Virus record (IMG/VR): IMGVR_UViG_3300031162_001159
Coordinates: 6,650 to 70,649 of that record
Reading direction: 5' to 3' (one strand)
Source: a virus
DNA: 64,000 nucleotides
Under the pieces are notes generated by a model that was not told the DNA's origin, made no database searches, and saw only the letters and a program-made list of their open reading frames with translations. Positions 27,384 through 36,500 of this stretch are shown here, in pieces; position 1 is the stretch's first letter, and every line of letters starts with the position of its first letter. The position numbers were made by a program, and so were the translations under genes.

Positions 27384-28149
27384 TAAAGAGGTTATCGATG
27401 ATATTATAGATCTGTATAAGACAGAAAGCACACACAGTATTGCTAAAAAATATAATACCTATCCGGGTAAAATCCGTAACATATTATTATCAAACGGAAA
27501 GAAACTGAGAACAAAAAAGCAAGCCCAAAAACTGGCCTTAAAAACTGGAACCTCTAAACACCCAACCAGAGGAAAAACAAGGTCGGACGAGACAAAGAAA
27601 AAAATCAGTATGGCTCGCTATAAGGCATGGGTGGAAATGCCAGAAGATGAGAAGGAGGCATTTTGTAAAGCTGCATCAGAAAGATGGAAGAAAATACCGT
27701 TCGATAAAAAGATCGAGATGCAGAGATTAGCTGGAGCAGCCCTTCATAAAAGCAGTATTGAAGGATCTAAGGCTGAAAAGTTTCTATACGATAGGTTGAA
27801 GGAAGAGAACTATAATGTTGTCATGCATAATGATACACTTGTTGACGGAGAATATGAGGTAGATCTTTATCTTCCCGACTTGTTGACAGCAATAGAAATT
27901 GACGGACCACAACACTTTATGCCCGTATTTGGTGAGGATTCCCTAAAAAAGACGATTAGTTATGATTCTACAAAAAACGGAATGATTTTGTCCAAAGGAT
28001 TTGCTATAATTAGAGTGAAGTACATGGCAAATAAAATTTCTCAGCGTGTGAAGAGAGATCTGTACGATATCGTAATTGAACAGATAAATAAAATTGAAAA
28101 ACAATTCCCAGAAGAGGGAAGTAGACTAATTGAGGTAACAGTAGAATGA
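27367..28149 (+). CDS. HTH + NUMOD3 + Vsr/DUF559-like endonuclease
   Basis: IAKKY HTH, GKTRSDETKKKIS (NUMOD3), SKAE...VDLYLP...AIEIDGPQH...D..KN. Confidence 0.8.
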   Translation: MADLSSKEVIDDIIDLYKTESTHSIAKKYNTYPGKIRNILLSNGKKLRTKKQAQKLALKTGTSKHPTRGKTRSDETKKKISMARYKAWVEMPEDEKEAFCKAASERWKKIPFDKKIEMQRLAGAALHKSSIEGSKAEKFLYDRLKEENYNVVMHNDTLVDGEYEVDLYLPDLLTAIEIDGPQHFMPVFGEDSLKKTISYDSTKNGMILSKGFAIIRVKYMANKISQRVKRDLYDIVIEQINKIEKQFPEEGSRLIEVTVE

Positions 28150-28922
28150 CAGATGATTTTGACGATTTTGAAATTGAAAAAGAAGAATTGGATGTCTCTG
28201 AGCTAGATAAAAAGATTATGAATGGTCCTGTTCCCGGAAGTCCTGAGTGGCATGATTTTGTTATGGCATTACTAGAAGATGGGGAATTTGCAGAAGATAA
28301 GGAAAGCGGAAATAAGTATCCATGCTGTCACGGTTTAAGGCGTGTTGCCACATTGCTTTTTGGTAAGCTGACTGGTGGTGTAAAAGATATTATATATCCT
28401 GACGCTAGTGATCCTAGAAGAGTTGTTGTAGTCTACGAACTACTTATCGGAGATCCAGCAGAAGGTGTTCCTTTAGAGAGATATACTGAGGTTTCTGATT
28501 CGAGTCTTGATAACACAGATCCTTTCTTTTTGGAACATGCCGTAGCTACTGCCAGCACCAAAGCTCAAGCTCGTTGTCTAAAAAATGCATTGCTAATTAA
28601 GACGGTTACAGCCGATGAAATAAAAAATGCAGATAGATCAAAAATTATGGGATTAGAGGTCGGTAATGACACTCTTGGTGACTATAATGATAAGGAGCAC
28701 ATAAGTTCGAGACAGTTGAATTACATAGATAAACTTGCTGCAAAAGCTGATGTTGACGTTGACAAGTTTGTTGAAGCACAGTTCGGTAAGAAAATGGATG
28801 CTAAGGATTTAACTGTCGCCAATGGTAGCAAGCTTGGTAGCCTCTTAGATGATTATAGAGGTGGTCGTGAAGAAATTCCCGAAGAAATTAAGGGATACAA
28901 GAAAAACTGGAGAGATGAATAG
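28146..28922 (+). CDS. putative single-strand annealing protein (Rad52/ERF-like)
   Basis: HGLRR.A, ATASTKA.ARCLKNAL...TADE, C-terminal ISSRQLNYI domain. Confidence 0.5.
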   Translation: MTDDFDDFEIEKEELDVSELDKKIMNGPVPGSPEWHDFVMALLEDGEFAEDKESGNKYPCCHGLRRVATLLFGKLTGGVKDIIYPDASDPRRVVVVYELLIGDPAEGVPLERYTEVSDSSLDNTDPFFLEHAVATASTKAQARCLKNALLIKTVTADEIKNADRSKIMGLEVGNDTLGDYNDKEHISSRQLNYIDKLAAKADVDVDKFVEAQFGKKMDAKDLTVANGSKLGSLLDDYRGGREEIPEEIKGYKKNWRDE

Positions 28923-29263
28923 TGAAAATTATAAGAAAGTTCAAGAATGTTGTTGTAGAAGTCGATGGAGATAGTCAGAAGGATCTTTTTGAGCAAGCTG
29001 CTCAAGTTGATGAGGTCTTTGGTGAAGACACCTGTATGAAATGTAACAAGGACAATGTTAAATTCGTTGTCAGAACCGCTCAGGATGCCAAAGGTAAGTC
29101 CTTTAAGTATTACGAATTACACTGTAAAGACTGCTTTGCCAAGAAAACTTTTGGTCAAAAGGATGACGGAACGCTGTTTCCACACAGAAAAGATGAGGAT
29201 GGTGGATATTTACCTGATTTTGGATGGGTTAAATATAACAAGGAAAAAGGATGTTTGGAGTAA
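28922..29263 (+). CDS. zinc-ribbon protein
   Basis: CMKC...YYELHCKDC; GTG start. Confidence 0.65.
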   Translation: MKIIRKFKNVVVEVDGDSQKDLFEQAAQVDEVFGEDTCMKCNKDNVKFVVRTAQDAKGKSFKYYELHCKDCFAKKTFGQKDDGTLFPHRKDEDGGYLPDFGWVKYNKEKGCLE

Positions 29264-29271
29264 ATTAGGGC

Positions 29272-29300
29272 TTGACAAAGCTGTACCGAACTGTTACAAT
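29272..29300 (+). promoter_or_regulatory. sigma70-type promoter
   Basis: TTGACA (29272-77), 17 bp spacer, TACAAT (29295-300), intergenic. Confidence 0.8.
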
Positions 29301-29301
29301 G

Positions 29302-29342
29302 ACTCACAACTTGGATATCACTTCTGGGTTGTGAGTTTTTTT
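29302..29342 (+). terminator. intrinsic terminator
   Basis: ACTCACAACTTGGA / TCTGGGTTGTGAGT stem followed by a T-run. Confidence 0.75.
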
Positions 29343-29355
29343 ATGGGAAAATAAA

Positions 29356-30204
29356 ATGAATATTTTAGTTACTGGTGGAGCCGGATTTATTGGCTCTAAT
29401 TTGGTCTATAGATTGCTAGAATTAGGGCATAATGTCTCTGTTATAGATAATTTATGTACTGGAAAAATAGAGCGTTTAAAAGAGCAGCTAGACAACGAAC
29501 TTCTAGAGAGCCTGATTACTCGCGATTTATCTACATATGAACCAGCAGGATATGAAGATATCGATGTTATTTTTCATCTTGCGGCTTTCTCAAGAGTCAA
29601 CCCAAGCTTTAAAACCCCTAAACTGGCATACAAATACAACGTTAATGGAACAATGAACGTTTTAGAATTAGCTCGGAGATTAGATTGTAGGCTTGTGTAC
29701 GCTGGCTCAAGCACTGTTGATGAGAGATACAGCAGTCCCTATGGCTTTACAAAGTATCTAGGTGAGGAACACTGTAGATTCTATAATATATTATATGGAG
29801 TGAGAACTTCGATAGCTCGTTTCTACAATGTTTATGGGCAGAATCAGATGGGGAGTGGGGATTTCGCTACGTTGATTGGTATTTTTGAGAGGCAAAAAGA
29901 AAAGGGTGAGGCTTTAACAATTACCGGAGATGGAGAGCAGAGGCGGGACTTCATTCATGTGTCTGATGTAGTAGAGGGGCTGATTGCTATTTCTAAGTTG
30001 GATGATAGAGAGTGTGGGGCGTTTAATTTAGGGTCTGGTAAAAACTACTCAGTTAATGAGATTGCCAAACTTATGTCAGATAATGTAAAATATATACCAG
30101 AGAGGCAGGGTGAGGCTCGTGAAACTCTAGCAGATATTTCAGAAACAACAGCCGCTACTGGATGGGAGCCTAAAGTTGATTTAAAGGAATACTTAGATGG
30201 ATGA
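29356..30204 (+). CDS. NAD-dependent epimerase (UDP-glucose 4-epimerase-like)
   Basis: TGGAGFIGS, HLAA, SPYGFTK, RFYNVYG, GDGEQRRDFIHVSD. Confidence 0.92.
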   Translation: MNILVTGGAGFIGSNLVYRLLELGHNVSVIDNLCTGKIERLKEQLDNELLESLITRDLSTYEPAGYEDIDVIFHLAAFSRVNPSFKTPKLAYKYNVNGTMNVLELARRLDCRLVYAGSSTVDERYSSPYGFTKYLGEEHCRFYNILYGVRTSIARFYNVYGQNQMGSGDFATLIGIFERQKEKGEALTITGDGEQRRDFIHVSDVVEGLIAISKLDDRECGAFNLGSGKNYSVNEIAKLMSDNVKYIPERQGEARETLADISETTAATGWEPKVDLKEYLDG

Positions 30205-30231
30205 ATATAAAGAGATACCCGAAGGAACTAC

Positions 30232-30306
30232 GTCGATAGAATTTTGTTAGATATGGATGGAGTCATCACAGATTTTCAAAATCCAGCAATTGAGGCTATG
30301 GGGTAA
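30232..30306 (+). pseudogene. N-terminal relic of a HAD-family 5'(3')-nucleotidase
   Basis: frame reads VDRILLDMDGVITDFQNPAIEAMG*, which contains HAD motif I. Confidence 0.55.
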
Positions 30307-30310
30307 AAGT

Positions 30311-30499
30311 ATGAGAAGATTTTTTATATGTGTCAGTATGGCTTTGTTAGGGCTAATATTACTAGTAGGGATATTAGTAACCCTTGGGTATTATATATTA
30401 AGTCCATCTTTTGATGCTGCTCCAATTACTACAACAGCAGTTATTGCGATACTTTTTGTGACAGTCCATGCAACCAATTTTTATATAGGGTTTAGGTAA
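30311..30499 (+). CDS. small membrane protein (two TM segments)
   Basis: two hydrophobic stretches; ATG30311 (MRRFFICV). Confidence 0.55.
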   Translation: MRRFFICVSMALLGLILLVGILVTLGYYILSPSFDAAPITTTAVIAILFVTVHATNFYIGFR

Positions 30500-30501
30500 A
30501 T

Positions 30502-30960
30502 ATGAGAGAAATTAAATTTAGAGCGTGGCATAAGCCAACTAAGCAATACACGATTCAGTCTTTTTGGAAGTATGGAGATAACGAAGAATATGAAGAGACG
30601 GGAGACCATTTAGCCATAAGTATAGATGGTTGCCTATGTGACGAGGGGTATGGAAATGGCATGTCTGGAGTCCAGAATTCAGATGATTATATCATCGAAC
30701 AATATACCGGAATCAAAGACAAAAATGGTAAAGAAATCTATGAGGGGGATATTCTTGGATGTAAACACTCAGCACAATCTCCCTATTCTCGTTCTAATCG
30801 CAATATTCGCGTTGTGAGAGAAAACCCAAAAACTCACCAATTAGGACTATTTGGCGATACTGATAGTGATTATGAGGCGACTGGTTTTGGCCTAAGTGAA
30901 ACCACTAAGGGGCGTTTTGAGGTGATTGGCAATATTCATGAGAACGAGGAGCTATTATGA
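30502..30960 (+). CDS. YopX-family protein
   Basis: MREIKFRAW...QYTGIKDKNGKEIYEGDI...EVIGNIHEN. Confidence 0.93.
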   Translation: MREIKFRAWHKPTKQYTIQSFWKYGDNEEYEETGDHLAISIDGCLCDEGYGNGMSGVQNSDDYIIEQYTGIKDKNGKEIYEGDILGCKHSAQSPYSRSNRNIRVVRENPKTHQLGLFGDTDSDYEATGFGLSETTKGRFEVIGNIHENEELL

Positions 30961-31589
30961 ATAAATCACAAAAAATTGAAAAATGTAGAGAGATACTTCA
31001 TAAATACGCAGACGAATTGACTATACCAAAAAGAAGTGAAGATTATAACTTCATAAAAGATATATTGTTCAATTACAAACCAGATAGGATAGGTAAAGGA
31101 CAATTCCCAAAAATCTTCGTAACCGATTCAAAGTGGGGTGGAAATAAATGTTTTATGTTCTTGAATAGATATGGAGAGGTTGAGGATTTTTCATTCTATA
31201 AAGCCATCGGAGATGACAAATCAAGAAAAAGAACTAACACGCTTAAAGCATTCAGATATGAAATATATGATTCTGAGGTAGGGGATATACGAATAAAAAA
31301 TAAACTAGACTATAACACCCATGTATGTCACGCTGTTCCTTTTCGGGTTATTCTAGGATTATTCCTTAAAAAAGAAAAAGTTAAATTATCTGATATAAAG
31401 ATAGAGCCTCACGAATGCCTCCAAGAGTCAAGACTTAAAGATAGAAAACTCGCTAAAAAATGGAGAAAGTTTCACCTAGAAAATGCGAAACTAACAATTC
31501 AGTCAAAAGAAGAGAATTTCAAACAAAGAAACGAAATTGATATGCCTCTAATCGCTCTTTTAAAGAGACATGAAATTATAGATAAATAA
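30957..31589 (+). CDS. DUF3223/DCL-like domain protein
   Basis: KCFMFLNRYGEVEDFSFYKAI; AFR.EI; W..FH..NA.L. Confidence 0.65.
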   Translation: MNKSQKIEKCREILHKYADELTIPKRSEDYNFIKDILFNYKPDRIGKGQFPKIFVTDSKWGGNKCFMFLNRYGEVEDFSFYKAIGDDKSRKRTNTLKAFRYEIYDSEVGDIRIKNKLDYNTHVCHAVPFRVILGLFLKKEKVKLSDIKIEPHECLQESRLKDRKLAKKWRKFHLENAKLTIQSKEENFKQRNEIDMPLIALLKRHEIIDK

Positions 31590-31603
31590 TAGAAAGGTAT
31601 GGT

Positions 31604-31840
31604 ATGAAAGATAAGCAAGAAAAAGAGAGGTTGGTTGTAGTCATCCAGCCCGATAACGATTGGGACAATATACTATGTATCGCTAGCTCTATGGAAGCAG
31701 CGGCTTTTGATTTAGAGTGTGAGAGCGTAGAAGAACTTGATATGGAGGCAGAGGAAAATGGCTGGATTATTAAAGATTGGCTATTATCTACTTTGCCTTA
31801 CGACACACTAGAAGAATCTATAGATAGGGAGTGGGGATGA
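31604..31840 (+). CDS. acidic hypothetical protein
   Basis: 78 aa; AAGG RBS. Confidence 0.55.
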   Translation: MKDKQEKERLVVVIQPDNDWDNILCIASSMEAAAFDLECESVEELDMEAEENGWIIKDWLLSTLPYDTLEESIDREWG

Positions 31841-32019
31841 ATCTATATTTTAAATTTATGGTATTTGTAATACTTTTTACTTTGCCAATCTTTGCTTTTA
31901 TGTATTTAATGCTCTATTGTGAAGGTATAATGGATCACGAGTCAGCAATTTTCACGGTTTTTGTCTGTTGGTTATTTGGTATGTTCATGGCAACAATAAA
32001 ATGGTTTTATGATATATAA
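31837..32019 (+). CDS. small membrane protein (two TM segments)
   Basis: two hydrophobic stretches; ATGA coupling. Confidence 0.55.
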   Translation: MNLYFKFMVFVILFTLPIFAFMYLMLYCEGIMDHESAIFTVFVCWLFGMFMATIKWFYDI

Positions 32020-32047
32020 AAAAAGCCACCTTTTCAGGTGGCTTTTT
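32018..32047. terminator. bidirectional intrinsic terminator between the convergent arms
   Basis: A7-GCCACCT-TTTC-AGGTGGC-T5. Confidence 0.9.
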
Positions 32048-32084
32048 CTATGATGGAGGAAAAACTGTAAAGTATTTTTAATTC

Positions 32085-32999
32085 CTATAGATATTCTAAG
32101 GATGCGTACAACGAGTAGGAAGTCTTGCTTCCAATTGACACAGGCGTTGCACTTAAAGCAGCCCTCCATGTATGTCTCGTATCTACACCAGTACCACCAT
32201 ATGTATCAGTGACACCCGTTCCAACATCAGGAACATCATCTGGGCGTGTTGACTGGTTGTAATACTGTCTCCACTTAGGTTGACGACGAGTACCACCGAT
32301 GGTCTCATTAAACTCTGGATTCAAGAACTTCTGACCAGATCCCGGTGAGTTAAGTAAAGGAACGATAATTCCTGTTCCACCAACCGTATCTTTATCACCA
32401 GAAACTCCACCAAGTCTACTGTCTCCATTTCCGTCCTCGGTCGTGAAGTAATTATCAAATCTTACACCAGAAGAGTTCGTGTAGTAGTCCTGACCAGCCC
32501 AAGTAGCGTCCCAAGGTGAACCCCACCAGAACAAGTCGCCCGAACCCACCTGATTACTGTTTGTGGCAACATTAGATGGTCCTGCACTTGATTTCCAAGC
32601 GGTATATGATTTACCGTCAAAGTTTACGATTTCGGCAATTTTGGTATTTACCCCAGAAGCTGGATAGTTAATATTTGCCCTATCGTATACACGCATCTGA
32701 ACGTTCTGTACGTTTACAGCGGTTGAATGATCAAAGTTCATGACCAACGTAGCCACATTCGAATTTATTTTTGATAGAGGCACACCACTACCTAACGCCG
32801 GATCACCAGATGCCCAATTCGTATATTTTACGTTATTGGCTTCTGGACCTTCTGTAGTTCCATCACTATTTGTAACAAATGTACTTTCTTGATAAGAACT
32901 GATCTGAACACTAGAGCCAAATGTAGCTCCATAGAATCCTAGACCAGATCCACCTATATTGATATTGGAATCACTAATTCCAAATGTAATTTCTGCCAT
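32085..32999 (-). CDS. putative virion structural protein
   Basis: G/S/T/N-rich, beta-type composition; GGAGG RBS; preceded by GTGTATA motif. Confidence 0.65.
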   Translation of the reverse strand: MAEITFGISDSNINIGGSGLGFYGATFGSSVQISSYQESTFVTNSDGTTEGPEANNVKYTNWASGDPALGSGVPLSKINSNVATLVMNFDHSTAVNVQNVQMRVYDRANINYPASGVNTKIAEIVNFDGKSYTAWKSSAGPSNVATNSNQVGSGDLFWWGSPWDATWAGQDYYTNSSGVRFDNYFTTEDGNGDSRLGGVSGDKDTVGGTGIIVPLLNSPGSGQKFLNPEFNETIGGTRRQPKWRQYYNQSTRPDDVPDVGTGVTDTYGGTGVDTRHTWRAALSATPVSIGSKTSYSLYASLEYL

Positions 33000-33038
33000 T
33001 ATTCATTATCCTCCAAAGGGTTAATATCCACACTTTAT

Positions 33039-33045
33039 TATACAC
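33039..33045 (-). promoter_or_regulatory. GTGTATA motif, putative late promoter
   Basis: TTTTGTGTATAATA on - strand, intergenic; core also at 54955-54961 and 58356-58362. Confidence 0.6.
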
Positions 33046-33053
33046 AAAAAAGC

Positions 33054-33536
33054 CTATATTTCTTCATTTTTCTCCTTATCCCAGAATCCAAGGGGGCATT
33101 TTTCAGTTTCCACTTTCGCTTTTAGTGCCACAACACATCCACAGTCCATACATCTGCCACCATTGAACATATTAGCTGGACAGGCGTGACATATAGATAA
33201 TCTCCTATCATAATCCCCTTTTCCCGTAGTCTTAAAGCCAGAAGCTGCAAAATTGACCATAGATTTCCCAAAATTCGCCGCTTGCTCTGTGAGTGGTGGT
33301 AATTCTCTCTTCTCGACTACTTCCTCTTCTTCTCCTACCTTTTTTATATTGCCACACTTCGTACATAAAATATCCGATCCACTTGATGATTGCTTAAGTT
33401 CTCCACCACATTCACATGTCGGATCTTTGCAATTATCACCAGAAAACACCTTGCACTGTTTACAGTAATAAGTATTTTCACATTCTGTGTCTACTAACAA
33501 TTTACTTCCACATTCATTACAATTCATAATATTCAT
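33054..33536 (-). CDS. multi zinc-finger protein
   Basis: several CxxC pairs; C-terminal RLSICHACP...CMDCGC...CPLGFW. Confidence 0.65.
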   Translation of the reverse strand: MNIMNCNECGSKLLVDTECENTYYCKQCKVFSGDNCKDPTCECGGELKQSSSGSDILCTKCGNIKKVGEEEEVVEKRELPPLTEQAANFGKSMVNFAASGFKTTGKGDYDRRLSICHACPANMFNGGRCMDCGCVVALKAKVETEKCPLGFWDKEKNEEI

Positions 33537-36500
33537 CCGGCCCCCATCTAAACGAAATAGGATCTATGTCTAGATTATTAATTTTTATGTTCCCATGACT
33601 TTCGAGAGTAATAGAATGGTTGACAGTTGGTTTTTCAGTGATTCGATTTTCTTTTATTTTTTGTGGAAAATCTCTAATGTCTATTGTTGAAAAAGATTGG
33701 TCTTCTGCAAATATATATACATCATGATTAGCTATAAAATTCCACGTTTTCACAATCCCAGACGTAGGATAAGTAATATAACATTTATTTCCATCGCTAT
33801 CGCGAGGTCCGGGTATTGACTCTTCTATAGATTCACGAACAGTTGGGCAATCGCACTCTTCCCAAGTTCCGTATTCGTTCCACCCATTAAACGCCTCTAC
33901 ATTGGTAGACCCCCCTCTATAAAGACAAAACCCATTGCTTGAAAATTTACCATCCTTATCAAAACCAGAATAGAAAATATTGCTATCAACATCAAGATTC
34001 CATCTCCCACCACCAAACGCACATCCATCACTTAGAGGACTACTGGTACGGACTGGATAAGCCCTTATTTTTACAGAGGAGGTTACTTTATACTTATAAT
34101 TATAATAGTAATAGTCAGAACCTTGAACAGCATCTGCATGTATATAATAACCCCCACTAGTTTTAGTTTTTGTCTCCCCTCCCACCGGATAGAAGGTGGG
34201 TAATCCAAACTTCTGACCAAAACCCCCAATACTCGTAAGACAATCTGTGCTCCATTCTAAATCAACAACTGCTTCTCCGGGCCAACCCCCCCTTATCTCA
34301 GACGATGCAAGATTCCCCACAGTATTTGGAAAATCGGGACTAAATGTGTTAGGGTCATAGTATAATCTCTGCCCCAAACTCCTACCTCGTATCAATTTGT
34401 TCGTTTTGTAAGTATAATCGACACAAAAACTTCCGTCTGGAAAACCTATTCCATCCTCATTCCATAACTGTTGTCTTACTCTTTCATATCCTATACCGTC
34501 TAGAACAACACCTGTCCTTCTATCTATACCATTTGTGCTTATTGTGTATCTTAGACTATTATTAGCACTACAAGTTTCACAATTATTGTTAGTGAATGGA
34601 TCCCACTTATTCCTATCAGATAGGGTTTTGGAACCCAAATTATAATCTTGACCAGCCCCACCTAGTCCGGTGTTAGCATCTAAAAAGTAACCATCCGAAT
34701 CCCACACCATAATATTCTGTTGATTGTAAAAATTCTTTAGACACTCTCCTATATCTGTTGAAGTTGTACCTTCTCCGGCAGATAATTGATATACTAAAGC
34801 TTTAATACCTTTATAAATACTATCTTCACCACTGTTTGGTGAAAAAATTGAAGACGGGTTTTTTTCTTCCTCCACCCCCTCAAGTAATTCTATATATGTA
34901 TAATCACGAGAAACCATAGGTTCCTCAACAGTTGTTCCATTCCCCGAACCTACATTGATGTCGTTATATTTTCTCACTGCTTCTATATAGTATGTTTTTT
35001 CGGCTGGTGTACATCGAACAGATGCTATTTTTCTTTCCCACTCAAGAATTAAGTCTGCATATTCTTGTCCATCTCTATCAAATGCATCCTCTGATACGAA
35101 ATTGATTTGACTATAATTTCTTTCCATAACCGTACTTTTAGCCATTTGTGAATGAATCGCAGCTATCGTACAACTATGAAGAGAGTCCCCCATAAACCTA
35201 TCCTGAGTTCCATTGTCGATATAATTAGTATCCTTACCCTTGTGGTATATTATGTCAAATTCCTTAGTTCTCATAGGGACATAATCAGGGGGGAAGCTTC
35301 TTGTTTGAGGAGCAGATATATCTACACCATTAAAAAAGTCATCTTTCCCATAAGTGGAAGTTTCAAAAAGATCTCCAGCTTGCTCATTAACCCTTTCTTC
35401 TCCTACCGCAACATTAAAACCTCTTGTATTCGGTTTCATTCCTATCGTCTCATATGATTTGGAAGGCCACTGACTAATATAATTATGAATTTTAACACTG
35501 TCGCCTTCTGAGAAAAGATTGTATCTGAATGCATATAAATTAATAATAGGAGAGAGTTCTCCACTAAAAACAGAACTAAGGTTAGATGAATCTAGTTCTC
35601 TACGATTTAAAACCGCAACATTTCCATATTGGAATCTCTCCCCACTATATTGACTAATTAGACGGTTTGCCTCTTCTTTTAAAAGTATATCAATAGAACT
35701 TTCATTGGTAGGTTCAATCAAAATATTTACGGTGTAAAAGACCCCTTCTGATGACTCTATGCTTATATACTCTTTGTATTGCTTCGCATATACCCATTCA
35801 CCCTCATTTGCTGAATTTAATCTAAAACCATCAATTGTTAATTTTTTACTGCTACTTATTCCTCTTACACCAGCTCCTACTCCACTTCCTACAACTTCTA
35901 TACCATTAGAAACTCTATATTCTTGACGGGCATTCAAGAGTCCACATGTACGGTCTAGGTCGTCATAACGAACATCGACATCAACAACGGCTCGTGGAAT
36001 CTCTTGATCTGTCCCCTCATAATGGATTGTGTATTCTTCATTATGAGAAGAAACATCTGGTAATCTCACATTTGTTCTTGATTCAATACTCCCACAAAAG
36101 GGTAAAACACAAATTTGTTTTCCTATCGTAAAATCACCTTCTATCGAAGCACTACCATAATAATCGCCACTAGAAAAAGAGCAATCAGTATTTTCATAGT
36201 TAAGCATCGCCCCATTCTCAATATCTTTAAATCCTATAGAGCAATAATACATATGTCGATAATCATCAAGGTCGTAGATTTTGCCATAATTTTTATCCCC
36301 TATATAAATCTCCCCCTCATCCCATCTCTGCCTATACCCCACTTCCTCAAAAGTGTAGTCATTTGCTGTTGGAAGGTAGGTGTCTACAAGAAGGTCTGAT
36401 TTAAAGACACCAGTAGCTGTAGTATCCCCTTGTGTAAGATTCATAGAAAGATCTTTTACTTGAATTTCTGTATCTAACAAAGCAATTAAAACATCAACTT

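Noticed and set aside
27367-28149. Intron- or intein-associated mobile homing endonuclease
   Set aside because: Free-standing and coupled to intact neighbours; no interrupted host gene seen, so listed only as a CDS.
30311-32019. Two small 2-TM proteins as holins
   Set aside because: No endolysin or spanin nearby, and they lie in an apparently early sigma70-driven block.
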